The notes beneath the pieces were generated by a model. That model saw only the letters and a list, made by a program, of their open reading frames with translations. It was not told where the DNA came from and searched no databases. Positions 45,806-57,408 of a stretch of 64,000 bases of DNA are shown here, one piece after another. The translations under genes and the position numbers were made by a program. Source of the stretch: Azolla caroliniana (lineage: Eukaryota; Plantae; Polypodiophyta); assembly GCA_043228905.1 (NCBI GenBank), contig JBHGNT010000021.1, positions 12,586,001-12,650,000 on the forward strand. Reading direction: 5' to 3'. Position 1 is the stretch's first letter; each line of letters opens with the position of its first letter.

Positions 45806-46589
45806 ATCTACTACGTCACCTTAGCGCCTCCCTAACTAGTGTTGTTTGCACTTGTGAGTGCCCAATTTGTCGGTCGAACCCGCAAGAGCACTATAAATCA
45901 ATTGAGCATGTTATCTCTTCCATGAGTTTTCTTATAGGTTCAGGATTGTGTCCAAGAGAAAGTGAGGCCATCTTCCACAGTCATAAATGTGTCATAGGTT
46001 TATGTCAAGATTGTGGCCCTAGTAGATTTAGGTGGTGTCCAAGTGAATTGAGTAGTGAAATATTAATCTCCATCAAGTTATTTTAGTCAATTGACACCAA
46101 TTTCGAAGGAAAGGTGTGTAAAAGAAAGGATCTAGTTAGGAAGTCGCTTAAACCAAGGGATTTGGCATCTCTATTTGTAGTATCTCTAGGAAAGTTCATT
46201 AAACACAGCTTCATTTATTCATGGCAAAGCCCATCAGTTTAAGACTTGCATATCTGATTTTCGAAATGATGCAGTAGTCTTAGTAGTAGATTTCACAGAC
46301 AATTATACTTTCAAGAAGCAGAATGAAATTCAGTCTATGCATTGGTGTTCAGTGCAGGTAACCATTTTTGTGCATATAACATATTTTCGAGTTTCAGGTG
46401 ATGTTAAAAAAGTAGTTCATTTTTTTATTTCTGATGATAAGAAGCATGATACCTTGTTCATCCAACATTGTTTTAACTTACATTGGCAATGGTTATTAGC
46501 TAAACGTTTGGAGCTTACTCAACATTGGGTCTGGTCTGATGGAGATGCGTCACAATTCAAGGCTAGACGTCCATTTTATTTTGTGAGGA

Positions 46590-49535
46590 GAGGAACGAGA
46601 TCCCATGTCTCGTTTTATCATAAAGCTTCCATCTCCTCATTCATCCCATCGACCCATCGCGGATCCTTTGCGGCTTCGGAAAGCGTTTCCAGTTCCCGTA
46701 CTCATGCCACTTGCATCATAAAAGCGTAGTGATACGCCATGTACTCTTCGTAGCCGTAGCGGTTTACGGGGTTCTTTTCACGTGTGGATCGATGTAGCTC
46801 TCGATCCGTGGGGAGTATGGCTTTCTTCGCTCCATCTATGCAGATGTCGAGATCTTCAAATTCATTGTCAAGAGAGTGAAGCATCTCGGTCTCTTCCTGA
46901 TCATCATATTCCCACTTTTTCGCCTTCCCTTTGTCCAGCTTCAAACTCGGCCGAGATGTGCTTTCATCACTCGGCGGCTCTGATGGCCCACTCAGTCGTG
47001 TCGTAATTGGGCTGTCTTCTAACATCTGTATGAGCCGATCCTCTACTGTTATTTCTATTTCAATGTCATCCGCGTCGAGCGGGGTTGGAGTCGAAGTATT
47101 CTCTGATGCGTACCAGGATGCGTATTCGTCGAAGACTACGTCTCAACTTGTTCGAACGTTACGGGTAGATGGGTTGTAGCATTTGTACCCCATCTATTTG
47201 AGTGAGTATCCTACGAGGATGCATTTTTCCAACTTTGGGTCAAGCTTTTGTCGCGTATCGTCGGGAATATGTACGTAGGCGATAGAACCGAAAATGTGGA
47301 CATGTGACACGTCCAGCTTCTTTTCGAAGAATTTCTCATGCGGAGTTATATCGTGTACTCTCAAGGTTGTGCACCTGTTCAGGAGATATACGGTCGTATT
47401 TGCCGCTTCTGCCCAATATGATTTTGGCAGGTTCTTCTCGTTCATGGCTCATGCGACTTCTACTTCATCGGATAGATCCAAGTGTTCCTAGAGAAGTCGT
47501 CGATGAACATGACATAGTATCGGCATCTGCCGAATGTTGTTGTCTGGGCTGGTCCCCACACATCTGAATGTACGACATCCAGGATTCCTTTGCTCACATT
47601 CCGCTCTTTGGGGAATGGGTGACAACGTTGCTTTCCAAACTGACATGCTTCGCATATGCTTGTAATCTCCTTTGCCGTAAAGGTCGGGAGTCTGATTACG
47701 ACTCCTTTAGATTGCATGTTCTGGAGCTTTTGGAGATTGATGTGGCCGATTCTCTTGTGCCACAATTTCAAGTCGATTTCAACTTTCTGGCCCTTTGCAA
47801 ATATGGCCGACTTTACCTCACTCGATTCGAGGATGAACATACGGCCTTCACGACAGCCGTGAGCTATGACTTGATCGCCTTTTTCGATGAAGCACCCATT
47901 GTTATTGAAGCCTACTTGCATTCCTTGTTCGACAATCTGGCCAACTGAGACCAGGTTTTTCGTGATAGTGGGGACATGCAGCACGTTCTTGAGGTAGGTC
48001 TGTTTGCCGTCCTTTCCGAATGGGACGTTCCTGATATGTTGTATTGGGTGAGTCGTGTCATCTCCTATTTCGACATATCCAGGACGTTCAGGCTTCCGTA
48101 GTTCCCGATACCAATCTTCATGGGACGTCATGTGATTGGATGCTCCCAAATCAACAAACCATACGTTGTTCGGAGTGGAATCGGTAGTTGACGCAAGTGC
48201 AGACATTGAGTGCGCTTCGTGCTTCATTATGAACATTCCGCCGCGGTCGCCGTACTCGGAGTTCATGGCATAATTTGTCAGTTTTCGACCTTGCTAACGC
48301 TTTTTCTTCCGACAATCCTCTTCGTAGTGGCCGGGTTTTCCGCAGTACCTGCACTCAACTAGGTTCCTACGGTTGGTTGGTCCGGCGTGATGAATCCCCC
48401 TTCCGCCGAACTCTTTGGGGCCTATTCTGCCCGCTTGCCATTGGTGGGAGTTACGCTCTTGGTTGTGTCGGCCTTGGCTGAATCGACCTCTCCTTCCACG
48501 GCTTTGTCCTCTTCCTCCATCGAAGTTCGAATATAGCATTTGTCCGTCATGCGCGTTGTTCCTTTGACGCACGTGATTCTCTTCAACTAGCAACAATGAT
48601 TGGAGATCAAAAAAGGAGGGAGGATTCTCTCTTGTGAGAACGGTCGATCTTATTGCGCCAAATCGTGGTGCCAAGCCACTGAGGCATATCTGCACCATTT
48701 CTTCGTCGTCAATGCTAACATTGATCGATCCAAGGGCATCGCACAACTCCTTGATCTTTAAGGTGTAGTTGCTGATTGACATGTCCCTTTATTGAAGATT
48801 GTTCAGCTCCTGTCAAAGTTGGAGCTTTCGTCAGCCGTATTGGCTGCGAAAATCTTCTTGAGGTTTTCCCACACCTGCTTCGGCGTTTTTGCCTCTCGAA
48901 TGTAGCCAAGCATATGATCATGAATGCATGATGCAAGGCAATACAACACACGGCTTGCGGCTTGTGGCCTGATCCCAAGCGGGATAGTCGACGTGTGTTG
49001 GGTTGGTTTGTGATTCGTGAGCTCCTTCGATGTAGCTCCAGTAGCCTTGTTCGACAAGGTATTGATGCATCTTGTATTCCCAAGATGCAAAGTTCATTCT
49101 GTCGAGCTTCTCGGTAGGAAGTGCGCTTCCCATTTGAGTATTCATGGTGATTTCTTCTCTGTTGATCGTCGGCGTGTAGCACAACACAGTCGAATAGGCT
49201 TAATCAGGCAACCACACACTCTGATACCATGTAACGGAATGGGAGGCAAGAGTAATTGCAATGCAGCGGAAGAAGATTGAGTGTGTGTGTGTGAGAGAGG
49301 CAACAGAGGGAGGGAGACAGAGAGAGAGAGCTCTTAAGCCAGAGATAGAAAAATTGTATATTAACCAAAAATACATCAAACATAAAACATCCAACAGTAA
49401 CTAAGTTACAATGCGTTGGTTTATATACCAACTAAGCTAGGGCAAGTGCCCTTTCTACTATTTACAAAACTAGCCCAACATGTCCATGAGCTAGTGTGAA
49501 ACCTATCTATGGGAAGTTGAGTTTGACTCTCAACA
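46590..49535 (-). mobile_element. Truncated degenerate Copia element (5' LTR, gag, protease, integrase; RT mostly lost)
   Basis: LTR 49230-49535, PBS TGGTATCAGAG; CRYCGKPGHYEEDC, WFVDLGASNHM, WHKRIGH, VHSDVWGP; ends at ETWDLVP. Confidence 0.88.
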
Positions 49536-51290
49536 TGGTGTTTATTCCTTGTAGGCCCGAGCTATCAAACATGAATTTTGGGAAGTGAAGATAGATGAAG
49601 TAAATAGGGAGAAGACTTGGGAGTGCCAAGGAATTCCCGAATTATGATCTCTCCATGATGTTCAAGGTTATTCTAGGTTGGATGGTCATTGTATTGCGGT
49701 TAGAGAATTAATTTGTTTTTGCTTCCATTGTGTGCAGGGAAATTGGAGGTATTGTTTAAACAAAGCATATATTCAGAATTGGGAGTATCATACGTTGAAT
49801 GATAAGGAAGTAGTTGATGGAGAAACAGAACAGAATGTTGACTTCACATATCAAGGACGTGGAGATACTCTGAGTGATGTCTTAAATGTTGGGGATAATT
49901 TCGCTGTAAATTTAGAGGGTGTTGATTTCTATATATTGAAGTGCACGGTGTCGCGAAAATACGACGAGGATACGTGAACTTGAGGTAGGACCCCGGGGCC
50001 TCCGACCGGAAGATATCAGATTCGTATGATTATATTAAACAATTAATACAAAATGAGAAAGATTCACAAATTTCATTAATAAAGGGAAAGAAAGATTACA
50101 ATCAATCTCAAGATTGAGATTACAAAAATTTTAGTTAATGGAGATTACTAGAGTAATAGATAAGAGGAAATTAAGATATGAATTCTATAGAAAATTAGGG
50201 TTTTTGGCTTTGATAAGAGATTATGGTTTTATGAGTTGAATAGCTTCCATATGGAAATTTAGGGTTATGAGTAAGATATGGCTTCCGTAAGGAAATTATG
50301 GTTTACTTGAGAGATAGCCTCCTTTCCGTATGGAAAATCTAGGGTTATGAGTAAGATATGACTTCCGTAAGGAAATTATGGTTTACTTGGCTTCCGTAAG
50401 GAAATTTAGGGTTTATGGGCCTTATGGCTTCCGTAGGGAAATTAGGGTTTATGAGAGATATGGCTTCCCTAAGATAAGGGAGTTGAGAAGGAAAAGAAAA
50501 TTAATGGAGGGAGAATATGTGTAAAAGAAATGGAATTTTATATGGAGTTCCCCCTTGATCATAGCCTTCCATGTTACTTTACTTTATGCATGCCCTCCAA
50601 CTTTAGTTGCATACGTCCACATGGCCTCTACTTTTAGTTGCATAGCTTTTTCTTTTAGTTGCATGACTTTCCACCTTTTCTTTGCATGCCTTCCAACTTT
50701 TTGCATACGTTCACATGGCCTTTACTTTAGTTCCCTTTACTTTACTTTAATAACCACATGATCTTGTTATCCGTTCGGTTTGCGTCCAGCCTCGTCCGGT
50801 CGACGGTTCCGGTTTGCTTACCGACCGGTTTCCAGTTTTGCTTACCGGTCGGTTTCGGTTTTGCTTACCGGCCGGTTTCGGGTTTTGAAACCGGCCAGTA
50901 AGCAACAACCATAAGGTGGAAGTGGCAAAGAGTAGCACGACAAAGGCAATGCCAAACTACAAAATTCCTCCACACTCGTTTGAGAGACTTGGGCATTAAT
51001 CGATGTAAGACCCAAGCGAAGGACGATGGCAGCGAGGAATCAAGGGTTAAAGCCAATGTGTGCAACAAGGAAGTAAAGCAAAGCAAAATGATGAAAGTCC
51101 ATGCATGCGACAAAGAGGTCAAGCAAAGCACGAAGACAAAAGTTAATGTGTGCGACAAAGAGACCAAGCAAACCTCGAAAAGCAAAGATATGGGCCAAGT
51201 GGGCCAAGCGGATATGACTTGTCCTCAGCCACCTTTGACTCGATGTCATTTTTCATGGCTATCTCTTTGGACTCATAGGCCTCGTACCCA

Positions 51291-52867
51291 TTGATCCTCT
51301 TCATCGAGCAAGCCTCGATTATTCTTCCCTCTTCTTTGCATGTGTTAATTTTGGCCTTCACTTCCTCACCACCACCTTCCGTCTCTTGGGTCTCACGTTG
51401 GTTCTTTGACGCAACTTCCCAAGTCTCTGGAGCATGTGTGGAGAAAATCCGGCCATGGTCATTGTCAACGCTTGTTATCTTGTTTATAGTCACCCCCTCG
51501 ATGTCGTCTTTAGCGGCGAGATCCTCAATTACACTAGCCTCGCTCTCTTTATCTCCATTCCTGCAAGCTTCAATTTGGCTTGTTCCATCATCCGTTGTTT
51601 CGAACACGATGCATGTTCCGAAACATTCCGCCTCCTTTGAAATGGCCGTCATCATTCTCAAGTCATCATCAATATTCTTTTCATGTTGGATGCGTTGTTT
51701 AGGCGTCTCGACTTCTTCAGATGGTCTTGAATTTTCTACACTTGGTCTTACCAAGTCAACATCATCGAGCCATCGATGACGCCTGTCGATCTTGTTGCAT
51801 GCTTGCTTCACCGCAACCCAATCCGCCACAAGCCCGTTCGCTTGGCTATCATCTTCGAGGAGAATCCCCAACTCTCGTCTATCCTTCATGTCCACAACTT
51901 TCAAGAAGTACAAAGTCTTGTCTTCCTCAAGTAGCACTTGGTCCATGGCAGGGAGATGACAAAACATTTGGTCGAACTCGTCGTACACCCTCGAGACGCT
52001 CATCGTCTTATTTTTCTTCTCTATCCATTTCATGAGGACATGTCGAGTCATCCTCGTTGAGTCTTCAGTCGCGAACTCCGCTAATATCGCTTTCTCGAAC
52101 TCCGACCACGTTGTCTTCCCTTCTTGAAGCTCGATGACCCGCCTTTGGACATTGTTGGCGGCAACTCTCTTGAAGCTTGCGATTTGATGTGCTTCGGACA
52201 CGTCCCTTTTGTATGCGTCAAGGAACTTCGTAACGTTCCTTCCATCAAATTGACCCTCGAGCTCTACGACACGGTGTCGTGAAGAATTTCGGCCAGAGGC
52301 GGAAACCGGGAACATTGGCTACATCGGTGGGGTGCAGCGTGTGAACGCACCCATGTACATTTAGTGTGAATATCGAGGGCGCCTTTATGGCGCCGAAGAG
52401 TAGTCAAGTCGGGGCAGACGATCCCATGTAAGGCGGGATTTGTCCCACATTGTAACGCATCCCTTTCCTTGTTCTATAAAAGGAAGGGAACGCCCTTTGT
52501 GAAAGGGTTGCCCATTTTGCATTAGAGGGTATACTGTTAGGTTTAGAGTTAGGTTCTTCTTCTTCTCCTTCTGCGTGTTTCGCTTAGGGTTTGCTTGGTT
52601 CGGCCTCCTGTGCAAGACCCCGCTCGGCGCGATGAGCTGAGAGCTCCCCGACGGCGGCTTGACAACAGACGACTACTGTAACCTACGTCAGTCCGGCTCG
52701 ACGCCGGGAATGTATTCTTCCCTTCATATATATATATATACGTTGTCTGTGTATATTCGCGTCGTTGTTGGCGTCGGGTGCTTACCCTTTCCTGCGTTTT
52801 CTGTACATAAGGCGTGAGTCGGGTTGTGCACGTGTGCGTGTGCGTGTGCGTGAGTCGGTGTTAAGCA

Positions 52868-52941
<74 letters not shown>

Positions 52942-53190
52942 TTCTCCCTTCGGTTGCTTTTGGTGTGTCTCTGGGATGCCCCAGAAACAGTGAAGTGCGA
53001 CTTCCTACGCTCCATCACTCTCTAGTTCATGACCCCCGTGGTCTCGCCTTTCTCCACGCACGCGCGTAACAACGCGACAACGGTCGACGGCCTTCTCCAT
53101 GCTCGCATCGTTTTCTCGAGATCTCATCATTTGTTCGACGATTATCATCATCCTTTCGAATTCTCCCGCTTGATTACTTGAGGATGCCAT
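51291..53190 (-). pseudogene. gag: Gag-like ORF of element E, split by solo LTR F
   Basis: MASSSNQAGEFERMM...AVD|RVVELEGQFDGRNVTKFLDAY...EDKTLYFLKVVD...LLEDDSQANGLVADW. Confidence 0.78.
52275..53079 (+). mobile_element. Solo LTR F of the element-D family
   Basis: Inverted homologue of the D LTRs; TSD ACGG at 52271-52274 and 53080-53083; contains a long (CT)n run at 52870-52937. Confidence 0.92.
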
Positions 53191-53257
53191 CTCCAAGTAT
53201 CGGTCGATCCTCGATTTGATCCTTCCTGCCGTCTCTTTCACGTCGGGTTCACCAAAA

Positions 53258-54657
53258 TGTCGGGAAAATACGATGAGGACACGTGAACTTGAGGCAGAAC
53301 CTCGGGGCCTCCGACCAGAGGATATCAAATAGATTAAGAAGTAGCCGAAATAAGAAAGATTGACAATTTTCATTAACAATTCGAAAGAAAGATTACAATC
53401 AATCCCAAGATTGAGATTACAAAAAGTTTAGCTAATGGAGATTACTAGAGTAATAGATAAGAGGAAACTAAATATGGATTCAATAGAAATTTAGGGTTTT
53501 TGGCTTTGATAAGAGATTTTAGATTTTGAGAGATATGGCTTCCGTAGGGAAATTTAGGATTTATGGCTTCCGTAAGGAAATTAGGGTTTTTGAGTGTTAT
53601 GGCTTCCGTAGGGAAATTTAGGGTTTTTGGCTTCGATAAGAGATTATGGTTCATCAGTTGAGTAGCTTCCGTATGGAAAAATTTGGAATTATGAGTGATA
53701 GATCTTCCGTAGGGAAAATTAGGGTTTTTGAGTCTTATGGCTTCCGTAGGGAAATTAGGAATTATGAGCCTTATGGCTTCCGTAGGGAAATTAGGGTTTA
53801 TGAGAGATATGGCCTCCCTAAGATAAGGGAGCTGAGAAGGGAAAGAAAATTAATGGAGAGAGGATGAGTGTAGGGAAAAAAATGGAATTTTATATGGAGT
53901 TACCCGTTGATCATATGCATGTCCACTTTTTGTTGACTGGCCTCTACTTTTAGTTGCATAGCTTTTTCTTTTAGTTGCATGACTTTCCACCTTTTCTTTG
54001 CATGCCTTCCAACTTTTTGCATACGTTCTCATGGCCTTTACTTTAGTTCCCTTTACTTTACTTTAATAACCACATGATCTTGTTATCCGTTCGGTTTGCG
54101 TCCAGCCTCATCCGATCGCCGGTTCCGTCTGGTCGCCGGTTGCCACCGCCTCACCGGCTCCGCCGCCGATTCCGGTTTTCTTACCGGCCGGTTTACGATT
54201 TTCTTACCGGCCAGTTTCAGTTTTGCTAACCGACCGATTTCGGGTTTTGCTTACCGGCCAGTTTTGGTTTTGCTTACCGTCCGATTTCCGGTTTTGCTTA
54301 CCGGCTAGTTTCCGGTCAACAAAACCGAAACCGGCCGATAAGAAAACCGAAACCGGCGGCGGAGCCTGTGAGGCGGCGGCAATCGACGATTGGACGATTT
54401 CCGGTTTTTGGGAACTCGGCCACCATTATCTATCAAGACAAAGTGGCCAAAGTGCTCTTAGCACAAATGAAAAATGAGGGATCTCAAGGTGCTTATATAG
54501 CCAGAGTCTTAAGTTTCCTATCTATGTGGGATAAATCATAGTTCTATTTTCCCTATCTTCTCAAACATCCATCTTTCTATAACATGCCATTAAACTAACA
54601 TAAAGTACTTATTTTATTATTTATTTGTTTACATAGTGTGAGAAGATTCACACGACA
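53258..54657 (-). repeat. 5' LTR of element E (1.4 kb) with ~32-bp TTAGGG-containing tandem repeats
   Basis: TATGGCTTCCGTAGGGAAATTAGGGTTT units at ~53480-53830 and ~50190-50480. Confidence 0.82.
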
Positions 54658-55004
54658 ACGGTTAGTAAACAATGTGCAACGCAAAATATATTAGATGCAT
54701 GGGGAAATGTTGTATCTACCGGGACATTCTTCATCGAAGGTATTTTTTATGCAAGACTAGATGATTACGATTATGTGTATAGGCTATTAGAAGACAAACC
54801 AGTGGCGTACATATACTCTCATTTGGTCAGGTGTATCAGTGTTGCTATACAATAGCTGCTCAGTTTTATACACAGTTAGTGCTAATGTGTATGAATGTAT
54901 TTACAACAGTATGCCATGGAATTTGTAGCTACAAGTAGCAATTACCAATTTTCTTGTAAAACAAACAAAGCACATGTATTGCAAATAAACAGTTTAATGG
55001 ACCT

Positions 55005-55765
55005 TGTTGGCCGGCAAGACAAAAAGGGCCGGTTAGAGTCCAGAATGTAAAAGGGATATTTAATTAGGAATAGGGAGTTGAAATGAATAAGTATTATGCT
55101 ATTTTGAGAAGTGAACAGACGGACCCAGAATCGGTATGCCGATTCAGATCCGGACCGGATCGTTGCCGGTTGCCGGTTGACACCGGTTTGTAACTCAGTC
55201 GGAGACCTATAAAAGGACTCGGCAAGAATGTGATCAACAACGGATAATTAATAGAAGAACTGTTGTTTACGTATGTTAGTGTCTATCTGGTTACCGTCAT
55301 GTGCTTAATATCATTAATCTTAGGAACACTTCACCAAAGGGTGGTACGGGAAGATATGGATAGACCGTAGTATTCAATGGATCTTAACCGGTTACTAACC
55401 AGCACTCTCAATTAGTCGTAACCCACGCGTAAGATTAATGATATTAAGCATAGGACGGTAACCAGATAGACATTAACATACGTAAACAGCAATTCTTCTA
55501 TTAAGTATCCGTTGTTGATTACATTCTTGCCAGGTCCTTTTATAGGTCTCCGACTGAGTTACAAACCGGTGCCAACCGGCAACTAGCAACGATCCGGTCC
55601 GGATCTGAATCGGAATACCGATTCTGGGTCCGTCCGTTCGCTTCTCAAAATAGCATAATACTTACTAATTTCATCATACTTATTAATTTCAACTCCCTAT
55701 TCCTAATTAAATATACCTTTTACATTCTAGACTCTAACCGACCCTTTTTGTCTTGCCAACCAACA
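55005..55765. mobile_element. Foldback (inverted-repeat) element built from two B-family LTR ends
   Basis: Arms ~55005-55322 and ~55430-55765 are reverse complements; TG..CA ends; 5-bp TSD GACCT at 55000-55004 and 55766-55770. Confidence 0.85.
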
Positions 55766-56149
55766 GACCTCTTTGGGAGTTTTTTTTTTATATACAGTCT
55801 ACTTTTTGTGCTTCTTTCTCAATAAAATCGTGTGTCTTTTTTATATACAATGTTCTTTCTTCAAAACTAGTTTAATAATATCGTTTAGGGTTCTTCTCTC
55901 TAAGATACAGATTACTCAAGTGAACCATGTACAAGTTAAAATAGTTTGTATAATTTTAAGAAAAAGCACTATCATGAAATCAACAATCCTGAACATACTC
56001 TTAAAATTACACAGTAGATAAGTTACTTAAAACAAGCAATTTAATTCTTCATTGATTAATCTGTCGTCAAATTACATATTTATAGCATCCCATTGCCAAT
56101 GTCTTCAAATTGCCTATAAACAACTAAGCTCTTGCTGGTCAGTCGAACT

Positions 56150-57390
56150 TCTCTACATATATGATCTGCATACCGAGCTCGGTATGGAGTCCACAATGAT
56201 GCAGTTAGTTGGCACCTCAATGTTGTCACCAAGTAGTGTTCAAGCATTTCATCGGTAGAGTGAGACAACATCTACGAATGTTGAAGTAATGCCGGAAATG
56301 TTCTGTATCCAAACTCAATGTATTGTCGGCATTATAATCTGGCCCAAACATAAGAAAGTCTTTTAAATCTTGCAACATCCTTCTGCTCACAATTCTCTCG
56401 TGTCCACTGACCCTTGAAATGTTGTCGCCACTTCGGGAAGAATCTTTCTACACACATCTGTACGTGGTTTTTCACTCCAAATAAACAAATCAAAGTATTG
56501 CACAACCCACTCTAGAAATTGATTTGCGTCCCTCCTTGGTGTCATATATCGCACACTCATCAAGACTTTATCAAGCTCCAAGATCAAGGATCTTCTTTCA
56601 ACTTCTAATGGTTTAGGTTTCCATTCCTATAATTGAGCCTCTGTTACACCAATTACTCAAGTTCTATCGACACAATTGGTGTCCTTTTCCTCTTCAAACC
56701 CCTGGTCGACTGTGTTGGGTCTGGCTTCACATTCTGGTGCTCTTGTATTGTTGACTTAGTCATTAGCTCAGTGCATGTAGATACTGATCTGGTCGATATC
56801 AGCCCACTGGTATCACATGCTCCATCTACCTGCAAAATCAAATCATCTGTGCAGCATGCTTGATCAACTTGCATTACTAGATCATTCACTGTTAGTTGCT
56901 ACATCTACTTTCAAGATGTGGCCCTCTAAACACACAACAACATCAACAGTTTCCACGCTGCCATCAGCCTTAGGAGAATTAGATTCAAACCCTTTAGACT
57001 CTGCAACATCAGAAAACACCAACATATTCACACTCACAAAGTAACTAACAGTCTCACAAGACAACATAATAAATATGAAATATTTTCCATCGTAGAACAA
57101 CATGAACATAATTATCTTGGAGAAACATCATAGAGTTCCATTACATAATGTGGATCAAGCAACAACCAATCATAGAGTTCCATTACATAATGTGGATCAA
57201 GCAACAACCAATCATAGAGTTCCATTACATAATGTGGTGCTTTTTCACATCATTGCCTAATTCAGTGCCATCTTCCAAAAGAATAGGGTGGAGCTTATCT
57301 GAAGGAGATGTGATAGCAGGACTCTTACTTTCAGCCATGTTAGCAGCTATCTCCTCATCGGTAGAACCGTCATTAGCACAGGAAACTAAC
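56150..57390 (-). pseudogene. Decayed multi-exon gene with FCP1/NIF (HAD phosphatase)-like domain, probable cargo of the Sola2 relic
   Basis: RSLILELDKVL...PRRDANQFLEWVVQYFDLFIWS...YNADNTLSLD resembles NIF domain motifs; in-frame stops; convergent to the relic transposase. Confidence 0.5.
57128..57237. repeat. 42-bp tandem repeat, about 2.6 copies
   Basis: ATCATAGAGTTCCATTACATAATGTGGATCAAGCAACAACCA repeated. Confidence 0.85.
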
Positions 57391-57408
57391 ATGAACACAC
57401 GCTCCCGA

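Larger units (their letters stand above)
49949..54657 (-). mobile_element. Gag-only tRNA-Trp-primed LTR element E
   Basis: 5' LTR 53258-54657, partial 3' LTR 49949-~50900. PBS at 53237-53254. 4-bp TSD ACGG at 49945-49948 and 54658-54661; the host frame KC-TVSKQ is restored on removal. Confidence 0.87.
45806..54930 (+). pseudogene. Decayed second Sola2-like transposase in pieces (45806-46589, ~49555-49948, 54658-~54930)
   Basis: VCTCECPIC, VDFTDNYTF..QNEIQSMHW, FISDDKKHDTLFIQHCF, HWVWSDGDASQFK, CFCFHC, VGDNFAV, DAWGN all align with the 16409-20525 protein; stops and frameshifts. Confidence 0.85.

Noticed and set aside
50190-50480. Interstitial telomere
   Set aside because: TTAGGG motifs are single units inside longer LTR tandem repeats, not a pure telomeric array.
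50980-51294. Plus-strand 104-aa ORF with KEVKQSK repeats
   Set aside because: Short tandem repeat in the interior of element E with no independent support.
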